From contig JAYPJE010000027.1 of the NCBI GenBank assembly GCA_038128265.1, positions 1 through 55,092 of the forward strand: 55,092 bases of DNA, written 5' to 3'. Under the pieces are notes generated by a model. The model saw only the letters and a list, made by a program, of their open reading frames with translations, searched no databases and had not been told where the DNA came from. Below are positions 11,792-21,647 of the stretch, one piece after another (within the stretch, counting starts at the first letter, position 1; each line of letters opens with the position of its first letter). The DNA is from Gemmatimonadota bacterium (GTDB lineage: Bacteria > Latescibacterota > UBA2968 > UBA8231). The translations under genes were made by a program, and so were the position numbers.

Positions 11792-13162
11792 TTGAGTCAA
11801 ACAACGGTTCAGCGCGCGCGCATTTTAGTGGTCTTGCCGGAGTCCGCTTCGGCAAAAGAACTCGTCGCCTATCTGGAACGGGCCGAATTCGATGTGATAT
11901 GGGTGCGCGAAGGACAGAGCGCATACGACATCTTAGACTCCGAAGTCGTCAATGCGCTGATTTATCCCCTGCGCGAGGCGCGCATTGACGGGCTGCGCTT
12001 ACAGAAGCTCGCACACAGCCGCAATGCGTCGATTTGTGCGATCGCTATTGCCACCCCTGAAGAAATTGAGCTTGGCATAGAAGCCATGCGTCAGGGGGCC
12101 TACGACTTTCAGCTGCTGCCGCTCAACTTCGCAAAAATAAACGCAGTGCTGGAGCGCGGCCTGTCGTATCAGCAGTTGGTCGGCGAGGTCTCCAACCTAC
12201 AGCGCCGCCTCGACGAGCGCTATCGGTTTGGCGGCATTGCGCGTCGTTCCTCTGACTGGCATCGGATTTACCGGCAGGTGGAACAGGTATCGCAGTCAAA
12301 AACCAGCGTGCTGATTCGCGGCGAAACGGGCACGGGCAAAGGCGAAGTGGCCAAGGCCATCCACCAACAGAGCCGGCGTCGCGTCGAGCCGTTTGTCGAA
12401 GTCAACTGCGGCGCGCTGCCAGAAGGCGTTGTCGAAAGCGAACTCTTTGGGCACGAAAGGGGGGCTTTTACGGGAGCGACCACGGCGCGTAAAGGGCGCT
12501 TTGAACTGGCCGACGGCGGCACGCTCTTTCTCGACGAAGTGGGGGATATTCCGCTGCCCACACAGGTCAAGCTGCTGCGCGTCATTCAGGATGGGCGTTT
12601 CGAACGGGTTGGTGCAACGCAAACGCGGGGTGTCGATGTCCGACTGATTGCGGCTACGCACCGCGATTTAGATGCGATGGTCGGAGCCGGCGCATATAGA
12701 GCCGACCTATTTTACCGGCTCAACGTCGTGACGATTGAGGTGCCGCCGCTGCGCGAGTGCCGAGAGGACATCCCGCTGTTGGCCGATGAATTTGTGCGTC
12801 AATTTGCAGAAGACAATGAGAAGAACGTCTCCGGCATAAGCGCTCGTGCGATCGACGTGCTGATAGAATACGAGTGGCCGGGCAATGTGCGCGAGCTGAA
12901 AAACTGCATAGAAGGCATGGTCGTGATGTGTTCGCGCGAGGGATCCCTGCAGGTGGACGATATACCGCGCTATATCAACCGGCGCGAGCGGACCTTTCCC
13001 GGGGTCGATTTTCGCGTGGGGATGTCGATGAAAGAGATGGAGAAGATGGCTATTCGCGAGACGCTGAAGGCCGTCGGTAACGACCGTCGCCGCGCCGCTG
13101 AGATTCTGCAAATCGGCCTTAGCACGCTCTACCGCAAGGAGCTAGAATACGCGCTGCGCTAG
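11792..13162 (+). CDS. Sigma54-dependent enhancer-binding protein (NtrC/Fis family) with degenerate receiver domain
   Basis: GETGTGK, ESELFGHERGAFTGA, GGTLFLDEVG, WPGNVRELKN, Fis-type HTH (AAEILQIGLSTLYRK). The N-terminal REC fold lacks the DD, D, T and K residues. Confidence 0.93.
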   Translation: MSQTTVQRARILVVLPESASAKELVAYLERAEFDVIWVREGQSAYDILDSEVVNALIYPLREARIDGLRLQKLAHSRNASICAIAIATPEEIELGIEAMRQGAYDFQLLPLNFAKINAVLERGLSYQQLVGEVSNLQRRLDERYRFGGIARRSSDWHRIYRQVEQVSQSKTSVLIRGETGTGKGEVAKAIHQQSRRRVEPFVEVNCGALPEGVVESELFGHERGAFTGATTARKGRFELADGGTLFLDEVGDIPLPTQVKLLRVIQDGRFERVGATQTRGVDVRLIAATHRDLDAMVGAGAYRADLFYRLNVVTIEVPPLRECREDIPLLADEFVRQFAEDNEKNVSGISARAIDVLIEYEWPGNVRELKNCIEGMVVMCSREGSLQVDDIPRYINRRERTFPGVDFRVGMSMKEMEKMAIRETLKAVGNDRRRAAEILQIGLSTLYRKELEYALR

Positions 13163-13168
13163 GGAATA

Positions 13169-14677
13169 TCAGCTCGAGCCACGGCCGTAGTACGCGCGTA
13201 TGAGTTCGTTTAGCACGCTCTGCGGATCGCGCACGGCATCCTCGGAGATCGCATACTCGGCGAGTCCGGCGAGCTTGAGCCCGTGGCCGTAGTCGGCAAA
13301 GAGCACTTCGCACAGGTCGCTTGGATCTTTGTCCTGTTCGGCCGCTAGGTGCCGCACGAGCGCTTCGGCCTGAGGAGAAAACGATAGTTCGATAGCGTGC
13401 TTATTGGCAAAGCTCTGGCGGAAGTGGGCCAGCGAGGAGGTGCTCAACAGCTTGAGCAGGGCGGCCGTGGGCTGGTTGATGACCTCTTCGTCAACGGTAA
13501 ATGCCTTGACTTTGCTCGACGGCAGCTTTTTCTCAAAGTGCAGCAGGGCGCGTTCGACGGCTCCGACTAGGCTGCGCGCTCCGGTGCGCTCGGCATGGGC
13601 GCGCTCGGCGAGCAGTTCAAGCGCCCGATCGCTGAATTCGACATCGATCCCGTAGGCGCGAAAGTCCCGTTTCTTGGAAAGAATGACGCTGCTCTTTGGA
13701 TTGCGCAGAATGGATAGCAGGTCGTCCTTGTTTAAGTCATGCAGCACAGATACAACGGGCAGGCGGCCAATGAATTCCGATTCAAAGCCGTACTCCATTA
13801 GGTCTTCGGCGCGCACGCTGCGGTAGAGGTCCTGTGGCGTCATATCAGAGGCCGACGGCTCGTCGGCTAGGCGAAAGCCGATAGCCCCGCGATTGAGGCG
13901 GCGGCTAATAATTTCGTCGAGCCCAGCAAAAGCGCCGCTAACGATAAAAAGGATGTTGCGCGTATTGACCTTTTTGCGCTCGACCTTGCCCGTTTGCTGC
14001 ATTTGCATGACGGCCTCCATCTGCGAGGCGATATCGTGCGGGGCCTTGAGGTCGACCTCCGTTTCTTCCATGAGCTTTAGCAGGTTGCGCTGCACGCCCG
14101 AGCGGGAGACGTCGGGGCCCTGCACGCCGCGCGACGAAGCGATTTTATCAATCTCATCTATGTATATTATACCGTGTTCGGCGCGGCTAATATCGCCGCC
14201 GGCTTCGCGCACCAACTCGCGCACGAGATCTTCTACGTCGCCGCCGACATAGCCCGTTTCGCTAAATTTGGTCGCATCGCCTTTGACAAAGGGAACGCCA
14301 ATTTTGCGGGCGATTAGCTTGATTAGGTACGTCTTGCCGACGCCTGTTGGGCCGATGAGCAGCACGTTGTTTTTGATGTTGCCAATGACGTCTTCGTCAT
14401 CGTCCGTCGTTAGCTTCAGGCGGTTGAAATGCGTGCAGATCTTTGTGGCGAGAACGGCTTTGGCCTCGCTCTGACGGATGACGTACTGATCGAGATAGGC
14501 CTCCAGCTCTTCTGGAATAAGGTCAAACTCAATGGGGGGGCCGGCGCTCTCGTGTGTTGGATCGGCCTCGCCTCCCGCCGACGCGGGCTGGGCGGGCGGG
14601 CTGTTTTCCATCTGCTGGGCGAGAAATTGACGGAGCTTTTCGGGGTCGAGCCCCAATTTTTCTGAGCGTATATTCAT
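13169..14677 (-). CDS. ClpX-like AAA+ ATPase without the N-terminal zinc-binding domain
   Basis: LDQYVIRQ..AK, GPTGVGKT, DATKFSETGYVGGDVE, IIYIDEIDK, IGF loop, EFIGRLPV, TGARSL. Confidence 0.9.
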   Translation of the reverse strand: MNIRSEKLGLDPEKLRQFLAQQMENSPPAQPASAGGEADPTHESAGPPIEFDLIPEELEAYLDQYVIRQSEAKAVLATKICTHFNRLKLTTDDDEDVIGNIKNNVLLIGPTGVGKTYLIKLIARKIGVPFVKGDATKFSETGYVGGDVEDLVRELVREAGGDISRAEHGIIYIDEIDKIASSRGVQGPDVSRSGVQRNLLKLMEETEVDLKAPHDIASQMEAVMQMQQTGKVERKKVNTRNILFIVSGAFAGLDEIISRRLNRGAIGFRLADEPSASDMTPQDLYRSVRAEDLMEYGFESEFIGRLPVVSVLHDLNKDDLLSILRNPKSSVILSKKRDFRAYGIDVEFSDRALELLAERAHAERTGARSLVGAVERALLHFEKKLPSSKVKAFTVDEEVINQPTAALLKLLSTSSLAHFRQSFANKHAIELSFSPQAEALVRHLAAEQDKDPSDLCEVLFADYGHGLKLAGLAEYAISEDAVRDPQSVLNELIRAYYGRGSS

Positions 14678-14712
14678 GGGATGTAGGGCGAAGAATGGTG
14701 TGTATTATGGGT

Positions 14713-14741
14713 AATATAGCCGCCTTTAGCGATGGCGACAA
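14713..14741 (-). promoter_or_regulatory. Putative sigma70 promoter of the clpX-like gene
   Basis: Minus strand TTGTCG-N17-TATATT. Confidence 0.5.
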
Positions 14742-14747
14742 CCCCGC

Positions 14748-14776
14748 TTGACACTCTGCACGGTCCGATCTACATT
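14748..14776 (+). promoter_or_regulatory. Putative sigma70 promoter of the 14810 gene
   Basis: TTGACA-N17-TACATT, back-to-back with the divergent promoter. Confidence 0.65.
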
Positions 14777-14809
14777 TCGCCTTATACAACTGTTTATTAA
14801 GGATTTTTA

Positions 14810-16933
14810 ATGCGTCACTTCGCCGTCTTTTTTCTCCTTATGACGGTCGGCCTAGCGTCGCTTGACCCCGCTGACCTACAGGCGCAATCCATTCAGGCCG
14901 TTTACTCATCCGAGGCGGAAAACGTATTCTCGGATGGATTGACGGCCTATCGCCAGGGCGACTTTGAGGCGGCACGCAGCGCCTTCGTGCGCCTGCTGGA
15001 ATACGCGGTGAACCAGCACTCGAGCGCCGGACAGCTGCTGCTGGGCAAGAGTTACTTTCGCCTGGGAAGCTACGAGGATGCGCTGGCTGCAGCGCGCGGT
15101 CTGCAGCGCAAATACGCCGATAGCCGCTACGTTGCCGAAGCCCGCCTGCTCGCCGGGGACTCCTATTTCAAACTGAAGCGCTACTACGAAGCGGCCATGG
15201 AATACGGTCGCCTGCTGGCTACGCCTGCACCGCTGGCAACGCAGGCACAGGCGGCAGAGCGTCTGGCTGCCATCGATGCCAACGGTCATATCAGTGCTAA
15301 GGCGATGGAAAGCGTGCGCTTGGCCGTCGGCGCCGAACGCATGCGCGAGTCTTTGCTCTTTGGGCGTGCGCGCTGGTACGGTCGTCTAGGCTGGGAACCA
15401 GAGGCCGAGACGGCTGCGCAGGCCTATCGGGATGGCGTCGGCAGCAGCGGTATTTTCTACGAACTAGTAGACGATTCCATCACTGCGGCGGTGGTTGGTG
15501 AAGATCCCTACCCCGCTAGCCAAGTTGAGCCCGCGGGCAATTGGGGCGAAGTGGCTGTGCCGACGGCGCGGGTAAAACTGGGTCTGCTGTTGCCGCTCAG
15601 CGGCCCGTATCAGCGCATTGCCAACGAGATCTATGCCGGCGTAAGCATGGCCAATGAGGCTGCTGGCGAGCCGTTTGATCTGATTGTTGCCGATACGGGG
15701 TTGGATTTTGGCGATCTGCCGATCAATGCCGACGCCATCGGGGCCCTCAGCGAAAATCCAGGCAGCGGTCTGCTGCGCGTTGTTCAGGGGGCCCGTAGCC
15801 TGGTTGAGCGCGACGTAGCAGCAATTATTGGCCCGCTGTTTAGCAGTTCGTGCGTCGCCGCTGCGGTCGTTGCAGAAGCGGCTGGCGTGCCTATGATCGC
15901 TCCGCTTTCACAGCAGAGCGGTCTCGATTCACTCGGTCAGTTTATCTTTCAAATCAATGCAATACCCGAGACGCAGGGCCACCTATTGGCCGAGCACGCA
16001 ACGCTGGTGTTGGGCCTGCAGAACGTAGTCATTCTCTCGCCGTTGAGCGATTATGGGTGGAATTTCGAGCGCGCATTTCGCTACACGGCCGAAGTCAACG
16101 GCGGTCGCGTAGTCCATTCCGACTGGTACGTGCCCAACCAGACAAAGGACTTTCGCCGCGTATTCGAAGAAATTCGCGCCGTTGGCTTTGAGCTAATGCC
16201 GCCGCCAGAAGATACGTTAGCTGTTGCTGACTCGCTTGAGTGGGCCATGACCGACAGCGTTCAGTCCGCGCCGTCCTTTCTGACGGAACTGCTCGAAGGC
16301 ATAGAAGGCGAAATCGATGGGGAAGCGGAAGAAGAGGAAGAGGCACCGCCGGATTCTTCGGAGATCTTCATAGAAACAGTGGATGGCATCGTCGTCGCCG
16401 TCGAGAGCTTTGACGACGCCAAAACTATTGCGCCTCAGATTTCCTTCTATCGCCTCGAAACGCAAATACTCGGCAACGACATTTGGTATGATCCCGAAGG
16501 CGTGCGGCAGATGCGCCTGAGCGAGCGCAAATACGTCGACGGGGCGATTGTCGCCTCCGCCAAGCGGCAAGAGCGCGGTGAGGGGCAAGAGTTTGTCGAT
16601 AGCTATCGACAGCGCTTTGGCAGCGACCCTCAGTACGCGGCTTACGGCTACGACGCCGCGCAGCTGGTGGCCGCCGCTTGGCGCGCGACAGGTGGGCGGG
16701 CGGCTCCCATGCGGGATTGGCTGTCGCAGGTTCGCGACTACGCCGGTGTCTCAGGGCATATCTCCTTTGCCGAAAACCGCCGTACCAACGTCGATCTGAC
16801 GCTGCTCAAGATCGATGGAGATCGCTTCCGCCCGCTTGGAAGGGCCGATCTACCCGACTTGGGCATCGAGTCGGACGAGCCACCCGCGTCCAGCGTCGAT
16901 CTGCCGACCGGTGAGGCCTTTTTGGACGACTGA
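14810..16933 (+). CDS. Secreted TPR plus type-I periplasmic-binding-fold protein (LpoA/LppC-like)
   Basis: Signal peptide, N-terminal TPRs, then KLGLLLPLSGP, AIIGPLFS and AAYGYDAAQL motifs of the LppC/branched-chain-binding fold; acidic insertion. Confidence 0.8.
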   Translation: MRHFAVFFLLMTVGLASLDPADLQAQSIQAVYSSEAENVFSDGLTAYRQGDFEAARSAFVRLLEYAVNQHSSAGQLLLGKSYFRLGSYEDALAAARGLQRKYADSRYVAEARLLAGDSYFKLKRYYEAAMEYGRLLATPAPLATQAQAAERLAAIDANGHISAKAMESVRLAVGAERMRESLLFGRARWYGRLGWEPEAETAAQAYRDGVGSSGIFYELVDDSITAAVVGEDPYPASQVEPAGNWGEVAVPTARVKLGLLLPLSGPYQRIANEIYAGVSMANEAAGEPFDLIVADTGLDFGDLPINADAIGALSENPGSGLLRVVQGARSLVERDVAAIIGPLFSSSCVAAAVVAEAAGVPMIAPLSQQSGLDSLGQFIFQINAIPETQGHLLAEHATLVLGLQNVVILSPLSDYGWNFERAFRYTAEVNGGRVVHSDWYVPNQTKDFRRVFEEIRAVGFELMPPPEDTLAVADSLEWAMTDSVQSAPSFLTELLEGIEGEIDGEAEEEEEAPPDSSEIFIETVDGIVVAVESFDDAKTIAPQISFYRLETQILGNDIWYDPEGVRQMRLSERKYVDGAIVASAKRQERGEGQEFVDSYRQRFGSDPQYAAYGYDAAQLVAAAWRATGGRAAPMRDWLSQVRDYAGVSGHISFAENRRTNVDLTLLKIDGDRFRPLGRADLPDLGIESDEPPASSVDLPTGEAFLDD

Positions 16934-17007
16934 GCGCTGCGGGCAGATATTGCGCCCCGGCGCGTCAATACTTTATTTTTAGAGTTTGTTTATAAAAAGG
17001 TCACGAG

Positions 17008-17322
17008 ATGCCAACCTACGAATACGAGTGTCAAAAGTGCGGACATCGCTTTGAGGAGTTTCAAAGCATTACCGCCAAACCGCTGAGCACGTGTCGCAAA
17101 GCCATATGCCCCAAAGGAGGGGCGCGCGGTCGCCTCAAGCGACTGATTAGCAGCGGCGGTGGCCTGCTGTTTAAGGGTTCGGGTTTCTATGAAACGGACT
17201 ACCGCAGCGAAAGCTATAAGAGCGCGGCTAAAGCCGATAGCGGAAGCGCTGACTCCGGCAAGAGCGAGGGAAAGTCCGAGTCGAAAAAAACGCAGTCATC
17301 TGGAACTGCAACAAAGGAATGA
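17008..17322 (+). CDS. FmdB-family zinc-ribbon protein
   Basis: MPTYEYECQKCGHRFE...FKGSGFYETDY signature. Confidence 0.93.
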   Translation: MPTYEYECQKCGHRFEEFQSITAKPLSTCRKAICPKGGARGRLKRLISSGGGLLFKGSGFYETDYRSESYKSAAKADSGSADSGKSEGKSESKKTQSSGTATKE

Positions 17323-17336
17323 GAGTCTCTTAGTAG

Positions 17337-17822
17337 ATGATGAAGTTGCGAATCTTAGTGTGTGCCGCGGCCCTGCTAACTGTGGCGAGCTGCGGAGGAG
17401 AGAGTGCGGACGAACTGTGGACCCGGGCCGAGCGCGCAGCGGCCGATCCGGCTGCGTTGGATCAGGCCGGCGAAGCCTACAGCACCTTTGTCACCCAGTT
17501 TGCCCAGGATGGTAGGGCGGCGACTGCGCTGAAGAACTGGGCGGCAATCGAACAGCAACAGGGTGAACTGCAGGGAGCGATCGCCCTCTACGAGCGCCTG
17601 ATAAAAGAGTACCCGGAGAGCGAGCATGGCGATGAAGCGCAATTTATGATTGCCTTCATATACGAGGAGTATCTTGGTGAGCCCAATCGAGCGCGCAGTG
17701 CCTATCAGCTCGTTATCGATCGCTATCCCGATTCCGAATTGGCCGCTAGTGCCAAGCAGCTGTTGCCTCACGTCGGGCGGAATCCCGAAGAGTGGGTGCA
17801 TTTTCAGGACCGAGCGCAATAA
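17337..17822 (+). CDS. TPR-repeat lipoprotein
   Basis: Lipobox-like VASC after a hydrophobic stretch; TPRs ending LIKEYPES and VIDRYPDS. Confidence 0.8.
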   Translation: MMKLRILVCAAALLTVASCGGESADELWTRAERAAADPAALDQAGEAYSTFVTQFAQDGRAATALKNWAAIEQQQGELQGAIALYERLIKEYPESEHGDEAQFMIAFIYEEYLGEPNRARSAYQLVIDRYPDSELAASAKQLLPHVGRNPEEWVHFQDRAQ

Positions 17823-18006
17823 GGCCTGGATGCCGCGTTTCCAGGTCGCGTAGAAGGGCAATACATACGGCCACGTGCCGCTGTGGACTGGTAATCTCCT
17901 TTCTTAACCGTCGTTTTGAGCAGTTTATCCGCTGATGCAGCTTGGGGACCCATTCGCGGCGTGGGACCCCGGCGAGCAAAGGCGGTTTTTTGTTCAGTAG
18001 GAGCGT

Positions 18007-19002
18007 ATGCAACATTCGATAGATATACATGCAATTAGCGATAAAGTGCAGGAGCAATCCGTTCTCGTAGACAGCGTATTTGCGGAAATGGATCGCGTCA
18101 TTGTTGGTCAGCGCTACATGGTTGAGCGCCTGCTCATCGGACTAGTATGCGGCGGCCACATCCTATTGGAGGGCGTGCCTGGGCTGGCTAAAACGCTCAC
18201 CATATCGACGCTAGCGCGCATTATGCAGGCCAGCTTTAAGCGCATTCAGTTTACCCCCGATCTGCTTCCGGCCGATCTGACGGGCACGCTGATTTACAAT
18301 CCGCAAGACGGCGCCTTTGTGCCCAAGATGGGGCCGGTCTTCGCGAACTTAGTCCTCGCCGATGAGATCAACCGCGCGCCGGCCAAAGTGCAGAGTGCCC
18401 TGCTCGAGTGCATGCAGGAGCGCCAGGTAACCATAGGCGATGAGACCTATGCGCTCGAAGATCCCTTTTTGGTGATGGCCACCCAGAACCCGATTGAGCA
18501 GGAGGGTACGTATCCGCTGCCCGAAGCGCAGATTGATCGCTTTATGCTCAAGGTGAAAGTGACCTATCCCTCGCGCGAAGACGAGCGAGCCATACTCGAT
18601 CGCATGGCCAACGGCGGCTCGATTGAGGTCCGGCAGGTGCTGACGCCGGCCGATGTGCTGCGTCTGCGCCAGGTTGTGGAAATGGTTTACGTCGACGACA
18701 AGGTCAAGGATTACATCGTCGATTTGGTGCACGCGACGCGCTTTCCGGCCGAGCTGGGAATGGGTGAGATCGCGCCCCTTATCGAGCACGGTGCTTCCCC
18801 GCGCGCGACGATCTTTCTCATTCGGGCCGCGCGCGCGCACGCGTTTTTGCGTCAGAGGGCCTACGTGACGCCGGAGGACGTCAAAGCCGTTGGCACGGAC
18901 GTGCTGCGCCACCGCGTCGTCGCTAGCTACGAGGCCGAGGCCGAGGAAATCGACTCCGAGCACATCGTCCAGCAGCTATTCGATCACGTAGAGGTTCCCT
19001 GA
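18007..19002 (+). CDS. moxR: MoxR-family AAA+ ATPase
   Basis: GHILLEGVPGLAKT, RIQFTPDLLPADLTG, LADEINRAPAKVQSALLE, EGTYPLPEAQ, GASPRA. Confidence 0.97.
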   Translation: MQHSIDIHAISDKVQEQSVLVDSVFAEMDRVIVGQRYMVERLLIGLVCGGHILLEGVPGLAKTLTISTLARIMQASFKRIQFTPDLLPADLTGTLIYNPQDGAFVPKMGPVFANLVLADEINRAPAKVQSALLECMQERQVTIGDETYALEDPFLVMATQNPIEQEGTYPLPEAQIDRFMLKVKVTYPSREDERAILDRMANGGSIEVRQVLTPADVLRLRQVVEMVYVDDKVKDYIVDLVHATRFPAELGMGEIAPLIEHGASPRATIFLIRAARAHAFLRQRAYVTPEDVKAVGTDVLRHRVVASYEAEAEEIDSEHIVQQLFDHVEVP

Positions 19003-19012
19003 GAGGTCGGCT

Positions 19013-19891
19013 GTGATCCCCAAGGAGATACTCGAAAAGGTGCGCCTGATCGAGATTCGTTCGCGCAATATCGTCAACGAACTCTTTGCCGGGGAGTACC
19101 ACTCCGCCTTTAAGGGACGGGGCATGGAATTTGCCGAGGTGCGCGAGTATCTGCGCGGCGATGACGTGCGCACGATCGACTGGAACGTCACCGCGCGCAT
19201 CGGTGCGCCCTACGTTAAGGTATTTGACGAAGAGCGCGAGCAAACTGTTATGCTGCTGGTCGATGCTAGCGCTTCCGGGGCCTTTGGCTCTATGCGGCAG
19301 ATGAAGGGCGAAGTGGGTGTTGAGATTTCGGCGCTGCTCGCCTTTGCCGCTATCAAGAACAACGACCGCGTTGGCCTGCTGATTTTTACCGACGAAGTCG
19401 AAGTCTTTGTTCCGCCTAAGAAGGGACGCAAGCACGTCCTGCGCGTTATCCGCGAACTGCTCTACTTCGAACCGCGCGGTCGCCGAACGTCTATTGCTGG
19501 TGCGCTCGACTATTTGGACAAGGTGCTGCACCGGCGCAGCGTGGTATTTCTCATCTCTGACTTTATCGATGAGGGCTACGAACGCTCGCTGCAGCTGATG
19601 CGCCGCCGCCACGACCTCGTAGCGATTTCGCTATTTGACCCGCGCGAGCGCGAGCTGCCCGATGTCGGCTTTATCAATCTGCAGGATGCCGAGACGGGGG
19701 AACAATTTCTCGTCGACAGCGGACGAGAAGCGGTGCGGTTACATTTTGCCCAGCTGCAGCACCGCCGCGACGAGCGCCGTCGCTCGCTGTTTCGCCGCAC
19801 GGGCATAGACGAAGCGACTGTCGATATAACGCAGTCCTATGTAGATCCGCTGGTGCACCTATTTCACGCGCGCGTGCGCCGGCGCGGCTGA
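19013..19891 (+). CDS. DUF58 (VWA-like) protein
   Basis: GEYHSAFKGRGMEFAEVREY..GDDVRTIDWNVTAR, DASAS, FLISDF; directly after moxR. Confidence 0.95.
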   Translation: MIPKEILEKVRLIEIRSRNIVNELFAGEYHSAFKGRGMEFAEVREYLRGDDVRTIDWNVTARIGAPYVKVFDEEREQTVMLLVDASASGAFGSMRQMKGEVGVEISALLAFAAIKNNDRVGLLIFTDEVEVFVPPKKGRKHVLRVIRELLYFEPRGRRTSIAGALDYLDKVLHRRSVVFLISDFIDEGYERSLQLMRRRHDLVAISLFDPRERELPDVGFINLQDAETGEQFLVDSGREAVRLHFAQLQHRRDERRRSLFRRTGIDEATVDITQSYVDPLVHLFHARVRRRG

Positions 19892-19931
19892 TTTTTTGTA
19901 ATGCGAATACGTTAGCCAAGGAGGAAGTTCG

Positions 19932-20864
19932 GTGATAGAAGTCAATGAGCTTTCAAAGAGCTACGGCGAAGTCGTAGCGGTCGAAGGCGTATCCTTTGCC
20001 GTGGACAAGGGAACGATCCTCGGCTTTCTCGGTCCGAACGGAGCGGGCAAAACAACGACGATGCGCATGCTAACCTGCTATTTGCCGCCCAGCGGCGGTC
20101 AGGCTAAGGTAGCGGGTTTTGACGTAGTCGAAGAGTCGATGGAAGTGCGCAAGCGCATCGGTTACCTGCCCGAGCAGCCGCCGCTCTATCTAGATATGAC
20201 GGTGCGCTCCTATTTGCGCTTTGTCGCCAAGATAAAAGGCGTGGGCAGTGCCGAGCTCAATGGGCGCATCGACGATACCATGGAAAAAACCGGCATCGCA
20301 CACCATCAGAACACGGTTATAAGCCACCTATCAAAGGGCTATAAGCAGCGCGTCGGCTTGGCTCAGGCGCTGGTGCACAGCCCCGACGTGCTCATTCTCG
20401 ACGAGCCCACCGTTGGTTTAGACCCCAAGCAAATCATAGAAATTCGCGAGGTGATCAAGGGGCTAGCCGGACAGCACACGGTGATTCTCAGCACGCATAT
20501 CCTGCCCGAAGTAAGTATGACCTGCGAAAAGATTGTCATTATCAACAGCGGGCGCATTGCCGGAGAGGGCACGCCGGAAAGCCTGATTGACCAGTTAAAG
20601 GAAGGCGAGGTGCTGCGCGCATCCATTGGCGGCCCCGCCGAAGCGGTGGGCGCACTGATTCGCTCGCTTGACGGAGTCATTGACGTATCGGCCGAGGAAA
20701 GCGACGGCGTATTTATCGTAACCAGCGCGCCGGGCACGGACGTGCGCGACAGCTTGGCGCGCAAAATAGTCGACAGTGGGTATGCGCTGCGCGAACTGCG
20801 CGGGCTCGACATGACGCTCGAAGATATCTTTCTGCGCCTGACGACCGAGGAGGTGAACGCGTAA
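19932..20864 (+). CDS. ABC transporter ATP-binding protein (GldA-like)
   Basis: GPNGAGKTT, signature LSKGYKQRVGLAQA, ILDEPTVGLDP, STHIL. Confidence 0.93.
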   Translation: MIEVNELSKSYGEVVAVEGVSFAVDKGTILGFLGPNGAGKTTTMRMLTCYLPPSGGQAKVAGFDVVEESMEVRKRIGYLPEQPPLYLDMTVRSYLRFVAKIKGVGSAELNGRIDDTMEKTGIAHHQNTVISHLSKGYKQRVGLAQALVHSPDVLILDEPTVGLDPKQIIEIREVIKGLAGQHTVILSTHILPEVSMTCEKIVIINSGRIAGEGTPESLIDQLKEGEVLRASIGGPAEAVGALIRSLDGVIDVSAEESDGVFIVTSAPGTDVRDSLARKIVDSGYALRELRGLDMTLEDIFLRLTTEEVNA

Positions 20865-21646
20865 TGGGCAATTTCTTAGCGGTGTATTCAAAGGAGATGC
20901 GCTCCTACTTCGTCTCGCCGGTAGCCTACGTTATCGCCGGCGTTTTCCTCTTTCTATCCGGCTACCTGTTTCGCAGCATTCTCATGCAGTTCAACCTGAT
21001 TTGCCTGCAGCTGGGTCAGCGCGCACAGCAGATGGGCGGAGGCATGCCGGCGCTCAACTTGAACGAGATGGTCATCACGCAGTTCTTTGCGGTGATGGAC
21101 TTTATCTGGCTGCTCATTGTGCCGATGCTGACGATGCGACTCTATGCCGAGGAAAAGAAAACCGGCACCATCGAACTGCTGATGACTTCGCCGATTAGCT
21201 CGGTGCAGGTGCTGTTGGGCAAGTTTTTTGCCTGCTTTTCGCTCTACGCGATCATCGTTAGCCTGACCATGGTCTACTTCCTGATTCTCGAGGCCTACGG
21301 CTCGCCTGACTGGGGTCCCATTTTCTCGGGCTATCTCGGCTACCTCTTTCTCGGTGCTACGTTTATTTCCGTCGGTATTCTCGCTTCGGCGCTAACCGAA
21401 AACCAGATCGTCGCCGTGCTGCTCTCGTTTGGCATTCTGCTGCTGTTTTGGCTAATCGACTGGTCGGCTAGCTTTGCCGGGCCTACGGCTGCTAAAATTC
21501 TTCAATACGTATCCTTTATTGAGCACCTGGAGGATTTTCAGCGCGGGGTAATCGACAGCCGCGACGTGGTGTTTTACCTCAGCTTCACCTTTTTCTGTCT
21601 CTTTCTGACGACGCGCGTCATCGAGTCGCGGCGCTGGAGGCGATAA
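20864..21646 (+). CDS. ABC-2 permease (GldF-like)
   Basis: KEMRSYFVSPVAY, TMRLYAEEKKTGTIELLMTSP, SALTENQIVA; about 6 TM segments. Confidence 0.9.
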   Translation: MGNFLAVYSKEMRSYFVSPVAYVIAGVFLFLSGYLFRSILMQFNLICLQLGQRAQQMGGGMPALNLNEMVITQFFAVMDFIWLLIVPMLTMRLYAEEKKTGTIELLMTSPISSVQVLLGKFFACFSLYAIIVSLTMVYFLILEAYGSPDWGPIFSGYLGYLFLGATFISVGILASALTENQIVAVLLSFGILLLFWLIDWSASFAGPTAAKILQYVSFIEHLEDFQRGVIDSRDVVFYLSFTFFCLFLTTRVIESRRWRR

Positions 21647-21647
21647 A

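Noticed and set aside
17929..17991. SRP RNA or 6S RNA as the identity of this hairpin
   Set aside because: No SRP helix-8 GNRA/AGCAG motif, and too short for the 6S rod.
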